In this document: positions 13,909 through 26,302 of the stretch, piece by piece
Numbering within the stretch: the first letter of the stretch is position 1
Layout of the letters: every line of letters begins with the position of its first letter
Assembly: GCA_965649765.1 (NCBI GenBank)
Contig: OZ287748.1
Location: 52,266,001 to 52,330,000 of the forward strand
Direction of reading: 5' to 3'
DNA length: 64,000 nt
Origin: Bispira polyomma
Taxonomy: Eukaryota
Notes under the pieces: model-generated
Database searches by the model: none
What the model was told of the DNA's origin: nothing
The model's input: only the letters and a program-made list of their open reading frames with translations
Program-made: the position numbers and the translations under genes

Positions 13909-15130
13909 TAATTACAGCTGTACAGAAATTTTTACTACTCTTCGCCTTCATGTTACTACGCCTCTAATCATGGTAAAATTACTGTATATCATGCTTTGTC
14001 AGGTTTATCCTTTAAATATTGATATATATTAATGTATGTATGCGGCCTATGTACATAATTGATGAACATAATGTTTCTTTCATCCATGATGAGTATATGC
14101 TCTTCACTTATAAATATTTCCTCTCTTAATACAGGTGATTTTAAAGCATTCTTGCATTATTTAGGGGTTATAATCAAATTCTGCCCAAGCAGTAAAATTT
14201 GTCAAAGATGTCATCTAATTTATATGTATTAAATTCAGCCAAAAATGACGTTGTTAGTAAGTGGAGTGTGTGGTGGATAGCATTGAAAGCTAAGACATAT
14301 AGCTTGTTAATGTCAAGGGGAACTGAATACAGTGTGGTTTTATATAGAGTATGATGACGGTAATTATGTTAGACAGGGACTGTGTACTCTTACACTCAGC
14401 TCCATCCTCTTAAAGTGACTACAACATACATCAAGTAAAGGCTGAATTAGTGCCAAGTACATCTAATGTTACATTGTTATTGTACTATAACAATCTCTAT
14501 AAAATAAAGGCTAAATCCTGTTATCTTAGTGCCAAGTACATCTAATAGTATTGTAATGAACCTAAGCACCATTTGAATGGGACAGAACTTAAGTTGTAGA
14601 ATTATTGCCACAATAGTGCAGTCCCGACAGAGTGTTTGTGGTGATTACATTTTGTATGTTTCGAGTGTGTTAATTATAAATGCCAGGGTCATATTATGGC
14701 AAACCTTTGTGAAAATCAAGATTCGGGGGTTTTTTTTCAATTTGATGAAATATGTCCTTAATTTAGATATCATTGGAAAGACATTGGACTTCCACAATGG
14801 ACTCAATTTGGAAATAAGTAGGCAATGGGCGAATTTCTTTGTTGCATTTTATATTATTACTGAAGGATTTATAAAGCGTCAACTGCAGACTAAAAGTCCT
14901 CTGAGGTGCTGAGTCTCCCAAATGGGGAAGTCCAGTAACCATGACAAGGGTCCTACCAAGAGAAGCATCCGGTCAGAAAAACAGTCTATGGAGGACGATA
15001 GGTTGGTCGAAAGAGAAAGATTATAAATTTACTTCTTAAGTTCATGCGATTTATCAGATTCGAGAGGCCGCATTTCAAGCTTAGTTTTGAGTGGAAGGTA
15101 AAGACATTGTTTGGTCCCATGAGTTAGATA

Positions 15131-15388
15131 GCTAGATCTTACCAGAGTGGAAAGGTATGTGTTGGTTCTAAATCTCACCAGAGTGAAGAGGTATGTTGTT
15201 GGTTCTAAATCTTAACAGAGTGGAAAGGTATGTGGTTGGTTCTAAATCTTAATAAAGTGAAGAGGTGTGTGGTTGGTTCTAGATCTCACAAGAGTGAAAA
15301 GGTATGTGGTTGGTTCTAGATCTCACCACAGTGGAGAGGTGTGTGTTTGTTTCGAGATTTCACAACAGTGGAGGGGTATGTGGTAGGT
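15131..15388. repeat. Diverged 37-bp minisatellite (TCTARATCTYACCAGAGTGRAGAGGTATGTGGTTGGT)n, about 7 copies
   Basis: TCTA unit starts at 15204, 15241, 15278, 15315. Confidence 0.92.
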
Positions 15389-16289
15389 TGATTTAGGTGC
15401 TATAAATATAAGAAGATTGTTCTGAAAAAGTATGCTGTGTTTATCTGGTAAACAATGCAATTTCTCAAAGAAAGGACTGACACAGGTTTCGCGATTTACC
15501 AAACAATCAGTGCAATTAAGGGAAAATTCATCTTGCTCTGATACTGTAAAGCAGTGGGTTGTAGTTGTCTAGCCAGCTACTTACCAAGGCATTAAAAATA
15601 AGCATTAAACAAGGAAAATAACTAAGCTTACAGGTGAAGTATATGGGGTGAAGATGAGAACTCCTAAAACTGAAGCTTGTGGGACTCGAAAGTTTGATTC
15701 CTGTTATTTGCAAAATAGGAAAACTGGTTGACTCTGAAAAGAGCTTTAACAATTTTGCTGAAGCTTTTTTAAACCATTCTGTCTTGCCAAAGAACTGCAC
15801 CAGCTGGAGAGCTGCAGTTGTCTTCCAGGTACAATCTCTGTGCCTTGGCTTCTCTAGTTGTTCAGTTCAATCTGGTCTACATCTTTCAGATCTACCCAAC
15901 CCCCCTTCAGGCCCCCAGAAATAATTAAAGGACCCATGTTATTCATCTATGGTAGCATGATTTACTGCTAGCTATGTTGTTCTGGTGATCTACAGAGTGC
16001 AGAATGCCAATACAATGGCTTTCACATATCCTAAATATTGTATGGTGGTTAACATACATCAAAATTTGTTGGCCCTTTACCACTGTGTTTCTAGTCCAAA
16101 ACAGTCTCTGTATAACACCTCCTGTCTGTATCCATCCGGTGTCAGCCAGAAAAGGGATTCTATTGGCCATTTTCTCAGGGCAAAGGCATCATCCGCTACA
16201 ATTATGGTGTAGAGGAATCAGCACAAATCATTGTAGTTTGGGGTATAAGGTAAATACCCATTAAAGTACACAGCAAGTATGCAGTACTC

Positions 16290-16444
16290 ACTCAGCTTTA
16301 TCTGGATCTGCACAAAAATGGCATGATTTATTTCCAATGCCAAAAAGTTTGGTCAAAATCGGTTGAGTGTTTTTTGTGTAATCCTGTGAACAAAGAAACC
16401 AATGGACAAGGGTGTGAACATAACCTTCTTGGTAATGGTACTAA
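16290..16444 (-). mobile_element. Remnant resembling a Helentron-associated non-autonomous element end
   Basis: AAGTTTGGTCAAAATCGG...TTTTGTGTAATCCTG...AACATAACCTTCTTGGTAATGGTA resembles the AACATAACCTCCTTGGCGGAGGTA terminus I recall from such elements; not verified by search. Confidence 0.45.
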
Positions 16445-18358
16445 GGTACTAGAAACCTGGACAAACACTCCCCGATTAATAGATCATTGCAATTTAATTT
16501 GTTTGCAACTTTGTACATCAATGTTTATTTAGTTCAGGTTGTTCTGTTTCCAATCCTGTATTATCATAGCTTTTCTTGGACTAAACTACACCCATTAGTT
16601 GGATGTGGAATAATTACTATTCATTTTTAAGGTTACTGTTGGAATGTCAACAGGCACTTACATGCTGTGCCTTTTACAAGTCACTCCTGGGACTCCATAA
16701 ATGTTGCAGTTAATTTTGCACAAAGTGCAAAAATTGCAGTGTAAAAGATGAGGCACAAGTTGAGAGCTAAAGTATCACCACGGTATAAATGATGGGATTC
16801 TCTCCAAACATTGCCAGGTTACTCCAAATAATTTTAGAAAAAATAATAGTCAATACCTTTTCATTGGCTATGAGAACTTTTTTTTCTAAAAAGAACTATT
16901 TTCCCTATCAATACGTGTCTGCTCGACTCATCTGTCTGTAACTTGATACAGATTGGAGCTATTTAAGACGTCTACAATAGGTTATTTATGGTGTGGCATG
17001 TCATCACTACAACAGTTACCAATCACAGTGCAGGTATATTTACAGTGTGAGTCAATCAATGAAGCGCCAAAGAGTATTAACCTCAATAAATATATCTTTA
17101 TTATAAACATTATATCGCATTATAAATGAGGGTCTTTTATAAACATGCAATCTTAACCTATAAAACCCTAGCCGTATGCATTGCCATTGAAGTGTCACTA
17201 CATTATTTTATAATAATGTAGCATTAGACAATAATGTAGTTGTAGTTTTTTGTACCATTTAATCAAGTAAACACTTAAAGTAATTTTAATTTTTATTTAA
17301 AAATGGTGTTTTATTTGGGTTTTATAATAGACAAACACCTCGTGACATTTATATTGTGTAAACTTAATGGAGTACGAGGGCCTTTATGTCCACTTGGTGT
17401 TTATAGTATCCCTCTCTCCCAGGTCTACACTGCCGAGATACTGTCTAAAGAAAATAGGAACATGTGAATAGGAACTCTTTCAGGTGGTCTAGTGTGTAAT
17501 AGGTTGTGGAAAATAATAATGGGCAGATATTGAAACAAAAATACAGTAGTAGAATTTACTATTTATTAACTACTTTTGTGGCAACAATACCTTTCATAAT
17601 TACTCTTTTTATGAACTGTCAATTATTTAGATTTTACAAGACTGATGTAATAATGCCCACTTTGGACTTCATGTCGATTTTGTGGTCCATATAAACTGCC
17701 TACTGTTCTAGTATTGTACACACGCCACTATTACATTCACTTCTTACACACTTAAACACTAAAATGCTTTTAAGTGTTAGCGTCTTAAAACATCAAAAAC
17801 CTGATAATTTCAGAATTTTAAGATATATTGGATTCTAAAACAAAGAATTGTGCACATTTAAATAAAGTGTAGATAGGGTATAGATGGACCACTTGGTGTG
17901 TTCTATACGGTGTAGTAACGCCACCTAGGGAGTGCTGAGTGTTGATTTGATATGACATGACTGGGGGCTATTTTTCTACAGCTAAATGTCAGTGCTGATT
18001 AGAGTGTAGCCGCCTTAACACTTTTTACAAATCACCAACTTAACTAGAACTCCAGTCAGATAATGACAAGAACAGACTTACAGTCGCTTTCATTACTCTA
18101 AACCCCATAGCTTTAGTCTCCACAGAAACTAGAGATTCAGAAGAAAACACAGTTACATATCTCGACTTATGGCCTAACCCACAAGGATGTATTTTATGAG
18201 GGAACGTGTTTGATGTCTTGCCATAGCTTGCAGAGTATTAGTTACCTAGCTTATTCCTTATGTCTTTAAAACCTGGAAGTCAAATGATATGACTAAGATA
18301 CCTAATATTTTACTGACTGGAAGTCAATGCTTTTGAAACAGATATATTGAACCTGAAA

Positions 18359-18538
18359 GCACCTATTGACCAGTGATCTGGTAGTGCCTTTTCTTCAGTC
18401 TACTGGTGTCACCTTATTACAAGTCACTTGACGAAGTCGAATCACCAGTAAAATGTGAGCACCTTTTAACTAGTGATTTGTCGCACTTTTTCTGCAGTTC
18501 ACTGATAGCACCTTATTACAAGTCACCTAGATGGCAGT
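18359..18538. repeat. Old ~100-bp tandem duplication (2 copies)
   Basis: GCACCT...AGTGAT...CACCTTATTACAAGTCAC present twice, about 100 bp apart. Confidence 0.8.
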
Positions 18539-18816
18539 ATATAAGATTACCATATGGATGATATAAGAAGTATGAGATATTTGTACTTTATTTTTTTATG
18601 TGATATAATAATAGTATTTTTTTTGTACCAATAGTACTTATTCTAAGTGATAGACACAGAAGAATAGAACAAACATATCAACAGAATAACATATAATTAT
18701 AAATAAAATATATACACTTATAGTTATTATTTCTGTGTCAGTTACATCAATTGGCACACAAAAATATATAATTTCAATAATTTCTTCCTTCATAAAATAT
18801 GAACATAACATAAAAC

Positions 18817-20626
18817 ACTGAGTAGTAATAGTAGGTAGTCTACTGAGTAGTAAGAGTGGGTAGTCTACTGAGTAGTAAGAGTGGGTAGTCTACTGTGTAG
18901 TAAGAGTGGGTAGTCCACTGTGTAGTAAGAGTGGGTAGTCTACTGTTTAGTAAGAGTGGGTAGTCCACTGAGTAGTAAGATTGGGTAGTCCACTGTGTAG
19001 TAAGATTGGGTAGTCGACTGTGTAGTAAGATTGGGTAGTCGACTGTGTAGTAAGAGTGGGTAGTCCACTGAGTAGTAAGAGTGGGTAGTCCACTGTGTAG
19101 TAAGAATGGGTAGTCCACTGAGTAGTAAGAGTGGGTAGTCTACTGAGTGGTAAGATTGGGTAGTCCACTGTGTAGTAAGAATGGGTAGTCCACTGAGTAG
19201 TAAGAGTGGGTAGTCCACTGAGTGGTAAGATTGGGTAGTCCACTGTGTAGTAAGATTGGGTAGTCCACTGAGTGGTAAGAGTAGGTAGTCCACTGAGTAG
19301 TAAGAGTGGGTAGTCCACTAAGTAGTAAGAGTGGGTAGTCCACTGTGTAGTAAGAGTGGGTAGTCCACTGTGTAGTAAGAGTGGGTAGTCCACTGAGTGG
19401 TAAGAGTGGGTAGTCCACTGTGTAGTAAGATTGGGTAGTCCACTGAGTAGTAAGAGTGGGTAGTCCAATGTGTAGTAAGAGTTGGTAGTCCACTGTGTAG
19501 TAAGATTGGGTAGTCCACTGAGTAGTAAGAGTGGGTAGTCTACTGAGTGGTAAGATTGGGTAGTCCACTGTGTAGTAAGAATGGGTAGTCCACTGTGTAG
19601 TAAGAGTGGGTAGTCCACTGAGTGGTAAGATTGGGTAGTCCACTGTGTAGTAAGATTGGGTAGACCACTGTGTAGTAAGATTGGGTAGTCGACTGTGTAG
19701 TAAGATTGGGTAGTCCACTGAGACTGAGTAGTAAGAGTGGGTAGTCCACTAAGTAGTAAGAGTGGGTAGTCCACTGAGTGGTAAGAGTGGGTAGCCCACT
19801 GACTGGTAAGAGTGTGTAGTCCACTGAGTGGTAAGAGTGTGTAGTCCACTGAGTAGTAAGATTGGGTAGTCCACTGTGTAGTAAGATTGGGTAGTCCACT
19901 GTGAAGTAAGATTGGGTAATCTACTGAGTAGTAAGAGTGGGTAGTCCACTGTGTGGTAAGAGTGGGTAGTCCACTGAGTAGTAAGAGTGGGTAGTCCACT
20001 GAGTGGTAAGAGTGGGTAGTCCACTGAGTAGTAAGAGTGGGTAGTCCACTGAGTGGTAAGAGTGGGTAGTCCACTGAGTAGTAAGATTGGGTAGTCCACT
20101 GTGTAGTAAGATTGGGTAGTCCACTGAGTAGTAAGATTGGGTAGTCCACTGTGTAGTAAGATTGGGTAGTCCACTGAGTAGTAAGAGTAGGTAGTCCACT
20201 GAGTAGTAAGATTGGGTAGTCCACTGAGTAGTAAGAGTGGGTAATCCACTGAGTGGTAAGAGTGGGTAGTCCACTGTGTAGTAAGATTGGGTAGTCCACT
20301 GTGTAGTAAGATTGGGTAGTCCACTGTGTAGTAAGATTGGGTAGTCGACTGTGTAGTAAGATTGGGTAGTCCACGAGTGGTAAGAGTGGGTAGTCCACTG
20401 TGTAGTAAGAGTGGGTAGTCTACTGAGTGGTAAGAGTGGGTAGCCCACTGACTGGTAAGAGTGTGTAGTCCACTGAGTAGTAAGATTGGGTAGTCCACTG
20501 TGTAGTAAGATTGGGTAGTCCACTGAGTGGTAAGAGTGGGTAGTCCACTGTGTAGTAAGAGTGGGTAGTCCACTGAGTGGTAAGAGTGGGTAGTCCACTG
20601 AGTGGTAAGAGTAGGTAGTCTACTGC
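18817..20626. repeat. 25-bp minisatellite (AGTAGTAAGAGTGGGTAGTCCACTG)n, about 72 copies
   Basis: Clear 25-bp period with three recurrent biallelic positions. Confidence 0.98.
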
Positions 20627-23600
20627 TACTGTTAGAAAGAAATGGCTCAAAGTAAACATTCTCTCAACTAAAGATAATCAATGTGAAAGTCTTTTTGTAT
20701 ACAGGACAGGTTTTCTTGGATTTCACAAGGGAGATGTCACACCAAATGATTAACTGTGTGCAAACAATGAAATTTTCATAAAGAAAATAAGTTGGGAGCA
20801 TTATTGAGAAGTTTGTGTAGGAATAGCCTTTGTGCTGAACTAGGCAGGGACAGCATACAGTTAACGTTGTCAAATTCATAAGAATGACATTTCATTGAAA
20901 AAAGACTGCACATTTTAGTTTTTAAACTGGTTAATGACATCAGAGATAGAATACTTTAGAATGTAGACCAATAAGGACTTATGACATGGACGAATTCGCC
21001 TGGATATACCAATGTGTTAAGAATGAACACTGTTGTATTTGGTACAAAGAGCTGTTGTGGTAGACATATTGAGTGTTATGTATTATTTTTAAAACATAAT
21101 CAAATTTAGTACTTGAAGTGTTGTTGTGTATATTGTAAACATCCCTGCAGCATTATCTCACCTACGTGATGTACACAGGTGTACTACATGTTACAGCCAG
21201 GCTAAAGCCTAGAAATGAGCTGATAAACTCTAATTCTCAGGGGAGTCAGTACACACGCATGAGAGGTGTAATAAGGTGGAAGACGTCTGTCTAAACAAAG
21301 CTGTGACATCTAGTTGCTGAATTAACTACCAGCACCCCAGACGGCAAAAATATCAGCCATGAATTATGCATCGTCAGCAAACAATACCCAGTTTATATAC
21401 TACCAGATTCTAGTGGGCACAGTCCCTGCTGGAATGTGGAGAGGGACCGAACTGGGTCATTGTATATGGACACGCGTAAATGATATGAGGACTAGAATCT
21501 GACCATCAATCACAATGAGCTCACATTAAAACAGACTGCTGTGACACGCCAATAACTGGCCTCTCATTTATAAGGGCAGACACGAAAACAAGAACACCGA
21601 GTTACTTCACACTTGTAGAGAGAAATATAAATCACTGATCTATGCATATTTCAGGACTTTTAGATTTATGCAATTAACAAGTATTTGAAACTCAAATAAG
21701 GCATTTTTAAACCAGAAACCTCCATCAAATGACAGCTAATTCAAGGTAAATAATTTGTGGTGCCTTGCTTAATTGCTTGCCCTGGTAAATGGTGACAAAT
21801 ACTTGACTGTAAAAACAGCCATTTGAGCAGAATAAAATATATTTAATGCGTGTGAACCCCAGCGAGTCTTAGGAAATTATATATAAGCCATAGATGAGTG
21901 AGAATTGTTCATGTCTGCATATTCCTGGTGTACCTTGTTGGCAGTTTAATTTGTTCAGGTGTAAAAGCACTATTCTAACATGGAGGTTGAATATTGTTTG
22001 AACATTATTCTTGGGAAATGGACGTGTGGTCTTTATATCGAGATGGTCTCTCTATAGAGGTTGTCTCTCGAGCAGATTTTACTGTGTATTAAAATTAATT
22101 TTCTATCCATTTCTTTTAAATGTTGGCATCACTCAGTAGAGTTCCCTTTTAGTTTGCAAGAAAAATAACTTGACCAACAGCTAAATGCATCTAATACAAC
22201 TGTAATTTGTGATCATAAGGCAAAATAAAAATATCTGAATTGAACATTTAATTGAATCGGACGACTTTGCCATTGAAAATGGTAGCCTCTGTTTACAAGG
22301 AAAGTACACTTATTGATATAATTAAAAAGAATAATTAAACAATGGGTTATGCGACATGTATACACGTATTGACTCTAACCTATACCAGCCCAACTATATA
22401 CCATCATATACACTCCCTTGTTCAGACTTCATCACTTCAATTCAAATATAGTCTAGGACCAAGTGCTTGAATAGCCTTGAGGCGTGTTGTAAGGCACAGC
22501 TAAGGAGGACCTTTTAGTGTCAGTGTTACCCATGTGATGGTATACACTACGTCAGGTAATGACGTCACTCAAAGAAGTAGTATCCAGAAAACCTCTGTGT
22601 CCTAGAGATCAGAAGTATACCATAAGGAAGGCTGACCACTAACTTAGACATCGCCATGTCTATTAACAAGATATTATTGACTGAGACATTCGTTCTGCAG
22701 AGAAACTTGGCATCAAACTTTTAATTTCAGAAAAATCTAACATCACCCAAAACATTAACAAAAAATAAAGAATATCATTACAGTACTCTTGTATCTTGGA
22801 ATAAACCTTATACAATTTAATAATTTAAATTACCAGTATATTGTCAGTTCATGTGTGCCACTAACATTACTGCTGTTGTGTTCACTTGGATACATTGAGC
22901 GATGGTCATTTTGATTTCCCTGGATAACTGGATTGGAATCAAATGTCTGTCAAATTCTTGAGCCAATTTGGTGTAAGTAATGACAGTTGCCTCTTCCAAT
23001 TACTCCATAATTTCCTCCAATTGTCAGTAATGGTTGGTATCCTGCTTTACACCACAACTTTCCCCCATCAGCAGAAACTCCGACCATCACAACTGGTGGA
23101 TGTGGTATTGGAAAGTCAACCTATCAGCAGTGAACTGGTGGTTAAAACAGTTGATTAGACATATTCATATAGTAATATTAGTCGTTTTTACAATATTCAA
23201 ACATTTGAAATAATAGTCCACAGAATATAATTCACTTACCCAACAAAGAGCTATAACCATACACAAAGTAACACACATCATCAAGACCATCATACTCCAG
23301 CAGTTAAAACCAAAGAAAGTGTTTAGTTGTATTACATGTTGAAGTTTAATTCCGACATCCAAGCTCTAAACGTCAATCTTAATTTTTTTACAAAATTGAA
23401 CAAATACAATGTTACATCTATTAGTAGTTCAATATACACATCCTACTGTAAAAGTAAAGGCCAAAGAAAAGGTTGAGTTACAACATGTGTAAAATACCCA
23501 AAGGTCAACCTTAAAGTCGAAATTTTATCACAACACTCAATGTCAAAATAGTTGTGTCATCGACCAAGTAAGTGCTACTATGGCATTAAGGAGTTTGTGT

Positions 23601-23830
23601 TACACTTGAAAAATGTTCAGGCTGGGACATAAAATTTAAATCTATTAACTTTGAACTTTTGAACACTTTGTATATCATAAAGTTAAATTAATTTAAACAA
23701 AATGTTACATCAGTCCCATCACACCCAGTCCGAAGACACAAAAACAGATGAATGCAGATACTTGTATTTATTTTATACTAGGTCCATTTCCATATTGTAC
23801 TACTATAATATATGTACATATGCAACTGCT

Positions 23831-24088
23831 GGGCCGCGGTGGCCTAGTGGTTAGCAAGCATTGCGCTTCACAATCACTGGTCTCTCACCTCTGGGCGGCG
23901 TGAGTTCAAATCCCGTCGATGCCTATGTGGGAAAGGTGGTAGTTCCTTACTGTGGGCCGCTGGTTTCTCTGCAGAACCTTGACCGACTGTATGCAGTGTT
24001 TCCTCCAGCGTTTCCAACTACCCGTCCCAATATAACCTACTAAAAGGTACTAGAGTGGACGTTAAATATCCAAATTCAAATTCAAATT
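23831..24088 (+). mobile_element. Full-length tRNA-derived SINE with 14-bp target-site duplication
   Basis: Pol III A box TGGCCTAGTGGTT, B box GAGTTCAAATCCC, 3' end GTGGACGTTAAA plus (CAAATT)n tail, TSD CATATGCAACTGCT at 23817-23830 and 24089-24102. Confidence 0.93.
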
Positions 24089-24926
24089 CATATGCAACTG
24101 CTATACATTGTTACGGCCATGTTACAAAAAGTTAATCACTATGTTAATTAAACAGTAAGGTGACCTTACCTAAAGGTAAGTACAATAATTTCCGTCTGAA
24201 ATTCTGGGTACACACAAGCTGAAACATGTCCAGTTTCTACAGACACACACAGGTTCAGTTGAGGCTCAGCTATGGTCTATAAAATCCAAACGTTAACTTC
24301 ATCTAAACTTTCTTTCATGTAATTATCAGAATGTATTCACTTGAGACTTGGAATCTCAATTTAGTATACAGTGCACAGATGCACACCCAAGCTAATATGT
24401 ATTGATATATCAAATATAACAGACATAATATGACATTAAGATGTAAAACACGTTCACTTTGTGTTACTTGTCACTCGTGGTGTTTAGGCTTGGGAGTCAG
24501 TCCTGCCACACCCTTAAAAAGTAACCTGACTAATTTTAACAGGTAAAAAGCCATGTGACGTCACGAGAGTTTCCAGCTATTGTCAGGGGTTCAAATGTTT
24601 ATTTTAAATTCTCATTGGTTGAGAACTTGGGGTTTAACTTCCCCCAGTCTTTATTTACATTTAGTTTAAAACTTAAGACTGAACAGCACACAAGTGCTAG
24701 AACATTTCCCACCCACCCCCATCCCATGTAGGCTAATACTAAGCAACTAATGGCTCGCAAAACTTGTGATTTAGGCTCACACACTATGGGGATAACCTGA
24801 AAGCTCAACTTATGTCAGACTGTGACCGTGGTTTTACAACTTTTAATAATGTTTTAGTTTTTAAATTTTATACATATGGGGAGAGGTTTTTTATATTGAG
24901 GGTTTTTTTATGTTATCCGGGAATTA

Positions 24927-24992
24927 AATTTATTTATTTAAATTTATAGTAGTACTAGAATTTATTTATTTAAATTTATAGTAGTACTAGAA
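24927..24992. repeat. Perfect 32-bp tandem duplication
   Basis: TTTATTTATTTAAATTTATAGTAGTACTAGAA twice. Confidence 0.9.
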
Positions 24993-25566
24993 GTTGTATA
25001 TATAATAAAAAAGTAAACCCATGGGTGTTTTTAATCATCTTTTGATACTGGTGGGGATTGTTCTAATTCCAAGTGCACCCCATAACCACCACCAAGTCTA
25101 TCCTTTAATTTAAAATATTTTAATATTTTTTTGTACAAATTTCAACTCCCAGTAAATGTCATATGTGTTGGTGTGCCAATATGAACTACTTGCTCCATTA
25201 TAGGCAAAATATTAAGTTTGTTTTTCATGGACGGACACACCAAAACAGTGTCGACACTTCCTCAAAGAAAGATACAAAAATCTCCCCTACCATAACCAGG
25301 TCAAATGATCAAGGTAATATGTACTGCTTATCAACATTCGCACAAAGAGCCTTTTTACATTACATTGAGTAGGGATATCTGCGTTGGGTTTTATGGGAAA
25401 GTCGCTACACTAAAAAGTATAAATATAATCACCCACGAGGTGCCGTTGTAGACATTGTTAAATGTATCTTGGCATTTAGAAAGAATCATCCTAAACTAGA
25501 GTTAGTGGTGGTGTTATCACACTGCTGTACTATAAAGTGTTCTTGTGACAAAATTACGTCAGTGAC

Positions 25567-26302
25567 AGCTGTGATCTGATCCAGTTGTGTTTATATAGTT
25601 TGTGTAGTTCTATCACTGTATAGATAGTGGTACAAGAAGAGCTGTTGTGATCTGACCCTGTTGTGTTGATATAGTTTATTTAGTTATATCACTGTATAGA
25701 TAGTGGTACAAGTAGAGCTGTGATCTGATCCTGTTGTGTTTATATAGTTTATTTAGTTATATCACTGTATAGATAGTGGTACAAGAAGAGCTGTGATCTG
25801 ATCCAGTTGTGTTTATATAGTTTGTGTAGTTCTATCACTGTATAGATAGTTGTACAAGTAGAGCCGTGATCTGATCCAGTTGTGTTTATATAGTTTATTT
25901 AGTTATATCACTGTATAGATAGTGGTACAAGTAGAGCTGTGATCTGATCCTGTTGTGTTTATATAGTTTATTTAGTTATATCACTGTATAGATAGTGGTA
26001 CAAGAAGAGCTGTGATCTGATCCAGTTGTGTTTATATAGTTTGTGTAGTTCTATCACTGTATAGATAGTTGTACAAGTAGAGCCGTGATCTGATCCAGTT
26101 GTGTTTATATAGTTTATTTAGTTATATCACTGTATAGATAGTGGTACAAGTAGAGCTGTGATCTGATCCTGTTGTGTTTATATAGTTTATTTAGTTATAT
26201 CACTGTATAGATAGTGGTACAAGAAGAGCTGTGATCTGATCCAGTTGTGTTTATATAGTTTTTGTAGTTGTATCACTGTATAGATAGTGGTACAAGTAGA
26301 GA
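25567..26302. repeat. 73-bp minisatellite, about 10 copies, with 219-bp (3-unit) higher-order period
   Basis: AGAGCTG at 25714, 25787, ...; variant TTGTACAAGTAGAGCCG at 25850 and 26069. Confidence 0.97.

Noticed and set aside
13303-13967. Repetitive ORFs on both strands
   Set aside because: 54-bp unit is a multiple of 3 and open on both strands; no evidence of coding
12432-14547. Short two-copy direct repeats (12432/12504, 14447/14527; similar at 39192, 42236, 46623)
   Set aside because: Ordinary local duplications with no further structure
18840-20659. Long minus-strand ORFs (up to 483 aa)
   Set aside because: Translations of the 25-bp minisatellite, open in all three frames; no domain and no splice context
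23831-23910. tRNA gene
   Set aside because: Has A/B boxes but no convincing cloverleaf, continues into a SINE body and tail, and is bounded by a TSD
22560-24563. TGACGTCA (CRE) sites and isolated GTAAGT donors
   Set aside because: Expected by chance at this length; no supporting promoter or exon context
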